From: an uncultured Bacilli bacterium
Lineage (GTDB): Bacteria; Bacillota_I; Bacilli_A; RF39; UBA660
Direction: 5' to 3'
NCBI GenBank assembly: GCA_910579455.1
Contig: CAJTUT010000003.1
Location: forward strand, 11,358-75,357
DNA: 64,000 bases
Shown here one piece after another: positions 41,439 to 50,140 of this stretch. Numbering within the stretch: position 1 is the first letter of the stretch; each line of letters begins with the position of its first letter. A program made the position numbers and the translations under genes. The notes beneath the pieces were generated by a model. It did not search any database, had not been told where the DNA came from, and worked only from the letters and a program-made list of their open reading frames with translations.

Positions 41439-44400
41439 CTAAATTTTCTCTACGTTGATAAAGACTTCTACTTCATTTAATAAATAGCGATTAGAAGACT
41501 CTTTTTTGATTAACCCATTAGCTAGAGTTTCTCCCATAATATAGTCCTGATACTTTTCTACCACTTGGTCAATTTTTTCATCTCCATCATAGAAAACATG
41601 AATATGATCAGTAATGACAAAATCTTTATCTTTTCTAATACTTTGAATAGTGCGAACGAATTCACGAGCAAGTCCCTCTAAGATTAAATCCTCATCTAAA
41701 TTTGTATCTAGAACAACACAAGTTTTCGTATCATTACTAGCAACATAACCCTCTTTTACAATGGTAGAGGTGATTGTATTCATACAATCTAATGTAAAAT
41801 CCTCTCCATCTAGTAAAATCGTTAGTGGAGATTTGGATACCGAAAAGGCCTCTTCACTTGTTAATTTCTTTAACTCTTCTTGTAATTGTTTTATTTTAGG
41901 ACCTAACTGTTTTCCCAATACCTTAAAATTCGGTTTTAGGGAGTATGTTAAATAAGAAGTCATATCTTCTTGATAAATAATTTGTTTTACATTTAACTCT
42001 TCTTTAATGATAGAATCTAAATTTCCAATAATCTCTTTTACATCGCTAGATAAAATCACTTCATGAATTGGTTGACGAACCTTAATATTTGCAGTTTCTC
42101 TAGCATCTCTTCCTAACCTACAAACATCCCTTACCAAATCCATCTTTTCTTCTATTCTTTCATTAATTAAAGACTCCTCTACATCTGGAAAGCTTGAAAG
42201 GTGAACACTTTTTTCACCAGTTAATTTCTGATAGATTTCTTCTGAGATATAAGGAGTAATGGGTGCTGTTAGTTTGCATAAGATTACTAATACCTCATAA
42301 GTAGTTAAATAAACTGCCTTTTTGCTTTCTGTTAATTCACTATCCCAAAAACGTCTCCTATTACTTCTAATATACCAATTGGATAAATCATCGTTTAAAA
42401 ATGGTATGATGGCTTTTACCACTTTATTTAGATCATATTCTTCATAACCTTCCACTACTATTTTCACAAGTCTATTTAGCTTGGATAGAAGCCATTTATC
42501 AATAAGTTCTCGCTTTTCCACCTCTATATCATACTCTCTTGGGTCAATACTATCTGCATTCGCATACATTTCAAAGAAAGAATATGCATTTTTTAGAGTT
42601 GAAATATATTTTGAATAAATCTCTTTTAAACCCTCTTTATCAAATCTTAAAGGCGTCCAAACTGGAGATACATATGGAAGATAAAATCTCACAGTATCTG
42701 CTCCAAACTCTTCTATAGTAGTAAATGGTTCTACAATATTTCCTTTTGATTTTGACATTTTTTTACCAAACTTATCTAACAACATATCATTGACTAATAC
42801 GTTTTTATAAGGGGATTTTCCAGTTAAAAATACAGAAATAACAAGCAGTGTATAAAACCAACCTCTTGTTTGATCAATACCTTCTGCGATAAAGTCAGCT
42901 GGAAACTGTTCTTCCCATAGTTTTTGATTTTCAAATGGATAGTGATATTGAGCAAAAGGCATAGAACCAGAATCAAACCAACAATCGATTACATCGCTAA
43001 CACGACTCATTGTCTTTCCACACTCTTTACAAGTAATATGAATATCATCAACATAAGGTCTATGTAAGTCGATAGTTTCATCTATTTTTTCAATTGATTT
43101 TTCTATCAACTCTTTTCTAGAACCAATCATTTCATCGTGTCCACAACTACATCTCCATAATGGAAGTGGCGTTCCCCAATAACGATTCCTAGAAATTGCC
43201 CAATCCTTCATATTTTCCAACCAGTTTCCAAATCTCTTTTCTCCGACGAAAGATGGATGCCACAATACTGATTGATTTGCCTTGATAATTTTATCCTTCA
43301 ATTTGGTAGTTTCGATATAAAAACTTGGCTTAGAATAATAAATCAGCGGTGTATGACATCTCCAACAATGCGGATATTGGTGGGTTACTTTTTGCTTTTT
43401 AAATAATTTATCATTTTCTTTTAAATACTTGATCACTTCGATATCAGCGTCAAATACGAACGTACCGCTCCAAGTTCCCTCTAAATATTTTCCATCTTCT
43501 CCAACTGGATTTAAGTATGGTAAATTATACTCTTTTCCAACTTTTGCATCATCTTCTCCAAATGCAGGAGCAATATGCACAATACCTGTACCATCTTCCA
43601 TCGTAACATAATCAGCAAGTGTTACAAAAAAAGCTTTTTTATTTACTGAAAAATCAGGAATTAACTGTTCATATTCCATATATTCTAAATCTTTTCCTAA
43701 GTATTCTTCTAAGATCTCTACTTCCTCGCCTAAAACATTAAAAAGTAGAGCCTTGGCTAAAATAAACTGGTGATCTTTAGAGCGTACTTTTACATACTTC
43801 TCTTTTGGATTTACACATAACGCAACATTACTAGAAAGTGTCCATGGAGTGGTAGTCCAAACTAGGAAGAAACAATCCTCGTCCTTCTTTTTAAAAGGAA
43901 CTATGACCGTATTTGCGATTACCTCTTCATATCCTTGTGCCACCTCATGAGAGGCAAGACCAGTTCCACATCTTGGACAATATGGTAAGATTTTACTCCC
44001 CTCATAAAATAAGCCTTCTTCAAAGAATTTTTGTAAAATCCACCATTCTGTTTCAATATAGTCATTGTCATACGTCACATAAGGATGTTTTAAATCGATA
44101 AATTGCCCCATTTGTTCAGTAAGATCCGTAAAAGCCTCTTCATTTTTCCATACAATATTACGACATTCCTGGTTAAACTTTTCTACTCCATACTTTTCTA
44201 TATCCCCTTTACCAGAAAAACCTAATTCTTTTTCTACTTGAAGTTCTACAGGAAGACCATGAGTGTCCCAGCCAACTTTACGTAATACCTTATGCCCACG
44301 CATTGTTTGATACTTACAAAACGAATCCTTTAAAAATTTTGCCATCATGTGGTGAAGTCCTGGATACCCATTTGCAGTGGCAGGTCCATCATAAAAAACA

Positions 44401-44525
44401 AAATTACTACTATTTTTTCTATTTTCAATCGTCTGATTCAAAATATTGTAAACTCCATTCCAGCTATCTAAAATACCTTTTTCAATTTCATTTATTTTAC
44501 CATTTTTTAGTTTTTCAAATCTCAC
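41439..44525 (-). CDS. ileS: isoleucyl-tRNA synthetase, eukaryote-like/type 2 form. The HIGH signature is non-canonical.
   Basis: FYDGPATANGYPGLHHMMA...GWDTHGLPVE aligns with type-2 IleRS, in which the LPHVGHA block carries the HIGH signature. Canonical KMSKS is present, as are editing and anticodon-binding regions. Length 1028 aa. Confidence 0.85.
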   Translation of the reverse strand: MRFEKLKNGKINEIEKGILDSWNGVYNILNQTIENRKNSSNFVFYDGPATANGYPGLHHMMAKFLKDSFCKYQTMRGHKVLRKVGWDTHGLPVELQVEKELGFSGKGDIEKYGVEKFNQECRNIVWKNEEAFTDLTEQMGQFIDLKHPYVTYDNDYIETEWWILQKFFEEGLFYEGSKILPYCPRCGTGLASHEVAQGYEEVIANTVIVPFKKKDEDCFFLVWTTTPWTLSSNVALCVNPKEKYVKVRSKDHQFILAKALLFNVLGEEVEILEEYLGKDLEYMEYEQLIPDFSVNKKAFFVTLADYVTMEDGTGIVHIAPAFGEDDAKVGKEYNLPYLNPVGEDGKYLEGTWSGTFVFDADIEVIKYLKENDKLFKKQKVTHQYPHCWRCHTPLIYYSKPSFYIETTKLKDKIIKANQSVLWHPSFVGEKRFGNWLENMKDWAISRNRYWGTPLPLWRCSCGHDEMIGSRKELIEKSIEKIDETIDLHRPYVDDIHITCKECGKTMSRVSDVIDCWFDSGSMPFAQYHYPFENQKLWEEQFPADFIAEGIDQTRGWFYTLLVISVFLTGKSPYKNVLVNDMLLDKFGKKMSKSKGNIVEPFTTIEEFGADTVRFYLPYVSPVWTPLRFDKEGLKEIYSKYISTLKNAYSFFEMYANADSIDPREYDIEVEKRELIDKWLLSKLNRLVKIVVEGYEEYDLNKVVKAIIPFLNDDLSNWYIRSNRRRFWDSELTESKKAVYLTTYEVLVILCKLTAPITPYISEEIYQKLTGEKSVHLSSFPDVEESLINERIEEKMDLVRDVCRLGRDARETANIKVRQPIHEVILSSDVKEIIGNLDSIIKEELNVKQIIYQEDMTSYLTYSLKPNFKVLGKQLGPKIKQLQEELKKLTSEEAFSVSKSPLTILLDGEDFTLDCMNTITSTIVKEGYVASNDTKTCVVLDTNLDEDLILEGLAREFVRTIQSIRKDKDFVITDHIHVFYDGDEKIDQVVEKYQDYIMGETLANGLIKKESSNRYLLNEVEVFINVEKI

Positions 44526-44546
44526 TTTAATTCCTTCTTTCTTTCC

Positions 44547-45521
44547 CTATTTAATAAATAAAAATAAGTAATAAATTAAAAACATGATAAGAAATGTAAT
44601 TCCTTCTTTTCTACTAATTTTATAATCCCTAAAACAAAAGATAAAGAGCATTAATGTAGCGATAAATAAAGCAAGTAAATCAATATAAGTAAACCCAACT
44701 GATGCAATTCCTCCAAATAAGGCGATTGGTAAACCAATCACAATTCCAATATTAAAAATATTACTTCCTACGACATTTCCAATAGCAATATCATACTCCT
44801 TCTTTTTTGTTGCAACAACACTAGTTACTAACTCTGGAAGACTAGTTCCTAATGCAATAATTGTAAGAGAAATTACTCTTTCACTAACTCCTAATATTTT
44901 TGCAATAGAACTAGCAGAATCTACTACTGCATTGCTTCCCAAAATCAAACAAACAATACCTACTACTGTAAATGACATTGACTTTGCAATTCCATATTTA
45001 GGTTTTTCGTCATCAATAGTAGATGATGTTTTATTTCTCATAATAGTAAACAAGTAATAAATAAAGATAGAGAAAAACAATAAAATAGTGATTCCGTCTG
45101 ATCTAGTTAATAAATTAGTTTTAGTATTAGTCAACCATTTATCACTAATTAATACAATGAATAAAGTAGTAATTAAAATGGTAATAGGTAATTCTTTCTT
45201 TACCGTTGAATTTTTAACTGTTAATGAATGAATACAACTAGAAACCCCTAGAATTAGTAAAATATTTAGAATATTACTTCCTATCACATTTCCAAGTAAG
45301 ATATCAGTATTTCCACTAATAATTGATTTAATAGAAACCGCAAACTCTGGTGCACTTGTACCAAAAGAAACAATAGTAAGAGCAATTAACATCTTGGATA
45401 TATGAAAATTTTGAGCTAAAGAGGAAGCTGCATCGACAAACAGATCCGCTCCTTTTACTAAAATAATAAACCCCATCACTAAAATTAATATTTGTAAGAC
45501 AATCATATTTTCCTCCCTCAT
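44547..45521 (-). CDS. CaCA-family cation (Ca2+/Na+)-antiporter, YrbG-like
   Basis: Two alpha-repeats, GNVIGSNILNILLILG and GNVVGSNIFNIGIVIG, in a 10-TM protein. Confidence 0.7.
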   Translation of the reverse strand: MREENMIVLQILILVMGFIILVKGADLFVDAASSLAQNFHISKMLIALTIVSFGTSAPEFAVSIKSIISGNTDILLGNVIGSNILNILLILGVSSCIHSLTVKNSTVKKELPITILITTLFIVLISDKWLTNTKTNLLTRSDGITILLFFSIFIYYLFTIMRNKTSSTIDDEKPKYGIAKSMSFTVVGIVCLILGSNAVVDSASSIAKILGVSERVISLTIIALGTSLPELVTSVVATKKKEYDIAIGNVVGSNIFNIGIVIGLPIALFGGIASVGFTYIDLLALFIATLMLFIFCFRDYKISRKEGITFLIMFLIYYLFLFIK

Positions 45522-45800
45522 AATAAAAACTCTTCCTCCCTATAAGGACGAAGAGTTTCCGTGGTACCACCTTACTTTATAGCTTTGCTATACACTTCAA
45601 TTCACTTAACGCGTGAAATCTCGTTTTTAGTTTATCCCTAAAACGCACTTGAAAGTGATCTAAATAGTATATTCTAACTTCTTTTCACCAAACAGAAGCT
45701 CTCTATATAGAATAATAATATTCCGTCTTTCGCACTTGCTTTTCTTGATTAATATAACACATTCTTATTTAAAAAACAAGATAATTTGTTAGTATATAAA
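45522..45800 (-). promoter_or_regulatory. T-box riboswitch leader (probably Ile-specific) with an intrinsic terminator directly upstream of the antiporter-ileS RBS
   Basis: On the minus strand the leader reads AAGGUGGUACCACGG, the conserved T-box sequence. It is followed by a CUCUUCGUCC/GGAGGAAGAG hairpin and a U-tract, then GAGGGAGGA-AUG. A candidate specifier AUC-A lies in the upstream stem-loop. The position matches the Bacillus divIVA-(T-box)-ileS arrangement. Confidence 0.55.
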
Positions 45801-45831
45801 AAGTAGAATTTTCTATTACACATTTCTCATT

Positions 45832-46272
45832 CTACTCTAAATTTAGTACTTCTATTTCCTCTACCACTGCCATTTGTTGTTCGATAATTAGTTTTAACTT
45901 TCTTTTTAATACTTTAATATTATATTCTAACGTATCCGCTTTCACTTCAATTTTCTCCGCTTTTAATAACGCCTCATTCACAATTCTACTAGAATTACTT
46001 TTAGCATCTGCTATTAATATATTAGCCTCTTCTCTAGCCATTCTCTTTATATTATCCCCTGCTACCTCAGCTCTCATAACCGCATCTTTTAATGAATTTT
46101 CCATTTTTCTATAATGATCCAATTCTTCTTTCAATTTCCCTATTTCTACTTTTTGTTCCTTGCATTTTTTGATAATACCTTCTGTTTGAGTAATTACATC
46201 ATTCACAAAGTCATTGACCTCTTTACGATTATATCCATTGGCTTCATAACTGAATTTTTCCATCGATCTCAC
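45832..46272 (-). CDS. divIVA: DivIVA-domain cell-division protein
   Basis: N-terminal FSYEANGYNRKEVNDFVNDV DivIVA domain and a C-terminal coiled coil. It lies between sepF and ileS, as in Bacillus. Confidence 0.75.
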   Translation of the reverse strand: MRSMEKFSYEANGYNRKEVNDFVNDVITQTEGIIKKCKEQKVEIGKLKEELDHYRKMENSLKDAVMRAEVAGDNIKRMAREEANILIADAKSNSSRIVNEALLKAEKIEVKADTLEYNIKVLKRKLKLIIEQQMAVVEEIEVLNLE

Positions 46273-46299
46273 CTCAGAATATATTTTTAGATATCAAAA

Positions 46300-46731
46300 C
46301 TACCAATTAAATTCGTCATCCTCATCTTTTTCTTTTTTACTACCTCTAGTCGACTTTGTAGGTGCATTATCATCACTAATTTTGCCCTCTACATTAACAG
46401 TATTCGGAGTACATAAAAATATTCCTCCACCTAATTTTTGTAAATCTCCATTAATTGCATATAATGTACCACTTAAAAAATCTACAATTCTTTTTGCCTG
46501 ATCAGGAGTTACACGTTTTAAATTTACAACGACTGCACTACGAGCTTTTAAATAATCAGCAATCTGTTGTGACTCTGAATAAGCACGTGGTTCTAGCAAC
46601 ATCATCTTTGAACCAGCCATACCATTTTCATCCTGATAAACCTCTCTGGTTTTTGTATAATACTCCTCTTCTTCTGCTGCTTCTACAGCCTCTTCTGTAC
46701 CAAATAAATTTTTTAATTTATCCAATGCCAT
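46300..46731 (-). CDS. sepF: cell division protein SepF
   Basis: [67 protein letters not shown] matches the conserved SepF core. Start chosen at [11 protein letters not shown] after a GGAGG RBS. Confidence 0.8.
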   Translation of the reverse strand: MALDKLKNLFGTEEAVEAAEEEEYYTKTREVYQDENGMAGSKMMLLEPRAYSESQQIADYLKARSAVVVNLKRVTPDQAKRIVDFLSGTLYAINGDLQKLGGGIFLCTPNTVNVEGKISDDNAPTKSTRGSKKEKDEDDEFNW

Positions 46732-46812
46732 ACTTAATCCTCCAATGTAATATTTTATAACTCTATTATTATTGTAACACATTTTAGCTTAAAAAACTAT
46801 CTTTTTTTTACT

Positions 46813-48582
46813 TTATTGGTACCAAATAGTTTCTAAGTCCACATTATTACTATTAGGTGCTGGATTTGGGAATTCAACATGCATTACAACAGGAACCTTA
46901 AAAGCACTTCCAAAGGCAATGCAATTCCCAGGCTGAAGGCCTTTTAATTGTTGTACAATTTCGATAGATATATTAGGAACCATTTCCCTTATATAATTAA
47001 GATCCTTAGGATGCCTAGTTCTTAAAACAATGAAATTGGAGCACTGTGAAATAACAGTATCCGAAAGTTCTGATGGTCTTTGCGTAATAACACCTAAGAA
47101 CACTCCATATTTACGGCCTTCTTTAGTAATCCTTTCAAAAATGTTATAACCAATAATATCAATATCTCTATCCCTCTGGATATACCTATGAGCCTCCTCA
47201 ACAATGATGTGAAAAGGAGAATTCCCTCGATTATTATTTTCTACGGATAAAGAAAAAACCATTTTAGAAATAATTTTAGTAATGACTTTCGCCATTCTAT
47301 CATCCACATAATTAATATTGAAATTAACTATTTGTGCTTTATTATTAGTCAACTTATCCGTAAAAAGAATCCTAACATAATCATTTCTATTGATATATTC
47401 ATCATATTCAAAATAAACTCTTGACTCACTATCGGCCAAAGCATGTAATCTAACACTTAATACATTAGCTAAATCATAAACTTTTTCACTTTTAAGAATC
47501 CCCTCAGAAATCAATGCAAAATCCATAGCTTCCTCTAAATCTTTTAATGTATAAAAACATTCACTACTAGTTTTTTCATTTGATATAGTATTATCATGGT
47601 TAATAAAACTTCTAACAAATTCTGTAACTAACTCTATTTCTTGGAATTTTCCTGATTTATCAATAAATAAACATTGCTTTAGAGTTCTAACATATCCAGG
47701 CTGTATAATTTGTGTTTCAAGATTTAACTCATTTGTATGAAATTTGGTTAAAATAGCGACAATTTGATCTCTAATTTTAGTAGATGTTTGCCCACTTAAA
47801 AGAATATCCTCCAAAGCTCTAGCAATAATATCATTTTTATTTTTGATTGCCTCTTCATTATCTCCTACCAAAATAGGAACCAGTTTTAGAGTTTTTTCTA
47901 TAATTGGTAATTGATTGGGTGTTGTAACATCTAAAAGGAGAGCTAAATCATCAACATCTAATAACCATAAGGGAATTTTTATAATATCTGTATCTGCATA
48001 TTTAGTATTCGTAGTATACGTTTTATATGAAATACTCGGGTTATATTGCCTTAAGGAGGCAAAAGCGTTTGTGTATTCCCCATAAGCATCAAATATTAAA
48101 ATACTGGATTTTAATGGAGGTTTCGAATTTGATAGAAATAGTTTTTGAAAAATACTAGCAACAGTACAACTTTTTCCGGAACCACTATTACCTAGTATAG
48201 CAAAATGATTACTAAATAATTCATTTATACTCACATTAATTCGATAATTTTGATATACATTGGAAAAACCAATAAAAGTTTCTCCAATATTTTGTTGTTG
48301 CTTTCCTAACATTAATTCCAACTCTTCTAAAGATATAATTCTAACTTTAGACTTAAAGGAAGGTTTAATTGAAATTCCTGGTAAAAATTTATTGTCCTTT
48401 ATTTCCCCTACTATATTAATAGACATTTTTTCTTGATTTACATTAACAATTTCTCCTACTATTTTTTTTGAGTCATCTTCCAAAATAACATGAAGGTTAA
48501 TCAAATTGGTTTGATTATTAATATCGATATCTAGTTTTATTATAATTTGATTTTCAACAATTTCAATAATTCTTCCTAACAT
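46813..48582 (-). CDS. HerA-family (DUF87) ATPase with an N-terminal HAS-barrel-like domain
   Basis: N-terminal beta-rich GRIIEIVENQIIIKL...VGEIVNV, Walker A AILGNSGSGKSCTV, and Walker B/DEAH-like HIIVEEAHRYI. Length 589 aa. Confidence 0.6.
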   Translation of the reverse strand: MLGRIIEIVENQIIIKLDIDINNQTNLINLHVILEDDSKKIVGEIVNVNQEKMSINIVGEIKDNKFLPGISIKPSFKSKVRIISLEELELMLGKQQQNIGETFIGFSNVYQNYRINVSINELFSNHFAILGNSGSGKSCTVASIFQKLFLSNSKPPLKSSILIFDAYGEYTNAFASLRQYNPSISYKTYTTNTKYADTDIIKIPLWLLDVDDLALLLDVTTPNQLPIIEKTLKLVPILVGDNEEAIKNKNDIIARALEDILLSGQTSTKIRDQIVAILTKFHTNELNLETQIIQPGYVRTLKQCLFIDKSGKFQEIELVTEFVRSFINHDNTISNEKTSSECFYTLKDLEEAMDFALISEGILKSEKVYDLANVLSVRLHALADSESRVYFEYDEYINRNDYVRILFTDKLTNNKAQIVNFNINYVDDRMAKVITKIISKMVFSLSVENNNRGNSPFHIIVEEAHRYIQRDRDIDIIGYNIFERITKEGRKYGVFLGVITQRPSELSDTVISQCSNFIVLRTRHPKDLNYIREMVPNISIEIVQQLKGLQPGNCIAFGSAFKVPVVMHVEFPNPAPNSNNVDLETIWYQ

Positions 48583-48696
48583 ATCATGACACCCTCTTAT
48601 TCTAAAAAAATTATACCATGAATTATCATAAAAAAAAAGTTATTTTAAGGAAAAAATAGTTGAAAAAACAATAATACATATGAGGTAAAATAATAT

Positions 48697-49431
48697 ATGA
48701 AAGAATTTAGTAATCTAAAGCAAGAATTAGAAAGTATTAAAAAAATGGGATGGATTAAATGTGATCAAAAAAACATAGGTGAAGTAGGATTAAAATTGGA
48801 AAAACTACTAAACAAAAATCCAGGTAACTTTGAAATACCAGACTACGATAATATAGAAATTAAAACGAAATCGTCATTAACGAAAAAATTAGTCACATTA
48901 TTTAATGCAGCACCTGATAGTTATCTATTTGAAATAAAAAGACTACATGGATTATATGGATATCCCCATAGTAAAATGAGACAATATAAGGTATTAAATA
49001 ATATCGTATCTTGTAGTAGAAGAACTTATATTTATAATGGAATATTCTTTAGTTTGAAAGTACTTTGGAATAAAAGAATGATTAATCTAATTGTAACTAA
49101 CAGGCAAGGAGAAGTTATTGATAATTTAACATCTTGGTCTTTTGATATGATAGAAGAAAAATTAAATAGAAAAATCAAATATCTATGCTATGTAGAAGTA
49201 AATAAATATTATGAAAAAGAGCAAATGTATATAAAGTATAGTAATGATCATTATTATGTATTAAAAGGATTTGACTGTTTTATTAAATTAATTGAAAGAG
49301 GTATTATCACTATAACCTTTAAAATTGGAGTCTTTCAAACAGGAAAAAGAAAAGGTCAAATACATGATCATGGAACCAGTTTCAGCATACACGAGGATGA
49401 TTTAGAACTATTATACAAAAAAGATAGTTAA
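48697..49431 (+). CDS. MutH/Sau3AI/MvaI-BcnI-fold PD-(D/E)xK endonuclease (restriction-endonuclease-like)
   Basis: MGWIKCDQKNIGEVGLKLEKLL...NFEIPDYDNIEIKTKS parallels MutH KGWIGVLLEIWLG...DFAALGVELKTIP, including the D...E-x-K catalytic signature. Length 244 aa, similar to BcnI and MvaI. Confidence 0.5.
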   Translation: MKEFSNLKQELESIKKMGWIKCDQKNIGEVGLKLEKLLNKNPGNFEIPDYDNIEIKTKSSLTKKLVTLFNAAPDSYLFEIKRLHGLYGYPHSKMRQYKVLNNIVSCSRRTYIYNGIFFSLKVLWNKRMINLIVTNRQGEVIDNLTSWSFDMIEEKLNRKIKYLCYVEVNKYYEKEQMYIKYSNDHYYVLKGFDCFIKLIERGIITITFKIGVFQTGKRKGQIHDHGTSFSIHEDDLELLYKKDS

Positions 49432-49537
49432 CTATATACTATCTTCTAAATGATACACGTTTTTTACACGACTAAGTTATAACAAAAAAATGCCTCTTAT
49501 ATAATACAATTTCTAAATGGTGATTTGAAACAGTTCA

Positions 49538-49566
49538 CATAAAAAAAGAGCACTAGACTCTTTCAA
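49538..49566 (-). terminator. rho-independent terminator at the end of the tRNA operon
   Basis: On the minus strand AAAGAG-ucuagug-CUCUUU is followed by a U-tract (UUUUUUUAUG), just downstream of tRNA-Pro. Confidence 0.5.
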
Positions 49567-49574
49567 AAACTAAA

Positions 49575-49651
49575 TGGTCGGGAAGACAGGATTTGAACCT
49601 GCAACCTCATGGTCCCAAACCACGTGCTCTACCAAGTTGAGCCACTTCCCG
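49575..49651 (-). tRNA. tRNA-Pro (UGG)
   Basis: CGGGAAGUGGCUCAACUUGGUAGAGC..., anticodon loop UUUGGGA, CCA encoded. Confidence 0.85.
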
Positions 49652-49657
49652 CTATTA

Positions 49658-49734
49658 TGGTGCGCTCGAAGGGATTCGAACCCCTGACCTTTTGGTTCGT
49701 AGCCAAACACTCTATCCAGCTGAGCTACGAGCGC
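49658..49734 (-). tRNA. tRNA-Arg (ACG)
   Basis: GCGCUCGUAGCUCAGCUGGAUAGAGU..., anticodon loop CUACGAA, CCA encoded. Confidence 0.85.
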
Positions 49735-49786
49735 ATCTCATGATAACCAATTATTTTATCTATTAAAAATATTACTATTATTAAAG

Positions 49787-49862
49787 TGGTGGCTCCAGCG
49801 GGAATCGAACCAGCGACACAGGGATTTTCAGTCCCTTGCTCTACCGACTGAGCTATGAAGCC
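49787..49862 (-). tRNA. tRNA-Phe (GAA)
   Basis: GGCUUCAUAGCUCAGUCGGUAGAGC..., anticodon loop CUGAAAA, CCA encoded. Confidence 0.85.
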
Positions 49863-49865
49863 AAT

Positions 49866-49942
49866 TGGCGGTTCCAACGGGACTCGAACCCGCGATCTTC
49901 TGCGTGACAGGCAGACGTGTTAACCAGCTGCACCATGGAACC
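49866..49942 (-). tRNA. tRNA-Asp (GUC)
   Basis: GGUUCCAUGGUGCAGCUGGUUAACAC..., anticodon loop CUGUCAC, CCA encoded. Confidence 0.85.
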
Positions 49943-49946
49943 AAAT

Positions 49947-50023
49947 TGGTTGCGGGAAGAGGATTTGAACCTCTGACCTCTGGGTTATGAGCCCAACGAG
50001 CTACCGGACTGCTCTATCCCGCG
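49947..50023 (-). tRNA. initiator tRNA-fMet (CAU)
   Basis: CGCGGGAUAGAGCAGUCCGGUAGCUCGUUGGGCUCAUAACCCAGAGG... The C1:A72 mismatch and three G-C pairs in the anticodon stem are typical of bacterial initiator tRNA. Confidence 0.85.
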
Positions 50024-50026
50024 ATA

Positions 50027-50121
50027 TGGCGGAGGAAAAGGGATTTGAACCACTTGCGCCACAATGTGACCTACTTCACAAAAATCGTAAAGCCCCTTTA
50101 ACCAGACTTGGGTATTCCTCC
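50027..50121 (-). tRNA. aberrant tRNA-Ser-like gene (pseudo-tRNA or non-canonical tRNA)
   Basis: Acceptor and D-arm are identical to the neighbouring tRNA-Ser(UGA). The anticodon arm can only fold as a 6-bp stem with loop GAUUUUU (no U33, no Ser anticodon), and the T-stem has one mismatch. G73-CCA is encoded. Confidence 0.5.
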
Positions 50122-50140
50122 AATTAATAGATTATAATAA

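Noticed and set aside
50027-50121. Aberrant tRNA as tRNA-Sec or a tRNA with an anticodon-loop intron
   Set aside because: No UCA anticodon and no 8-bp acceptor stem. The insertion is only 2 nt, so neither explanation fits. Pseudo- or non-canonical tRNA-Ser is more parsimonious.
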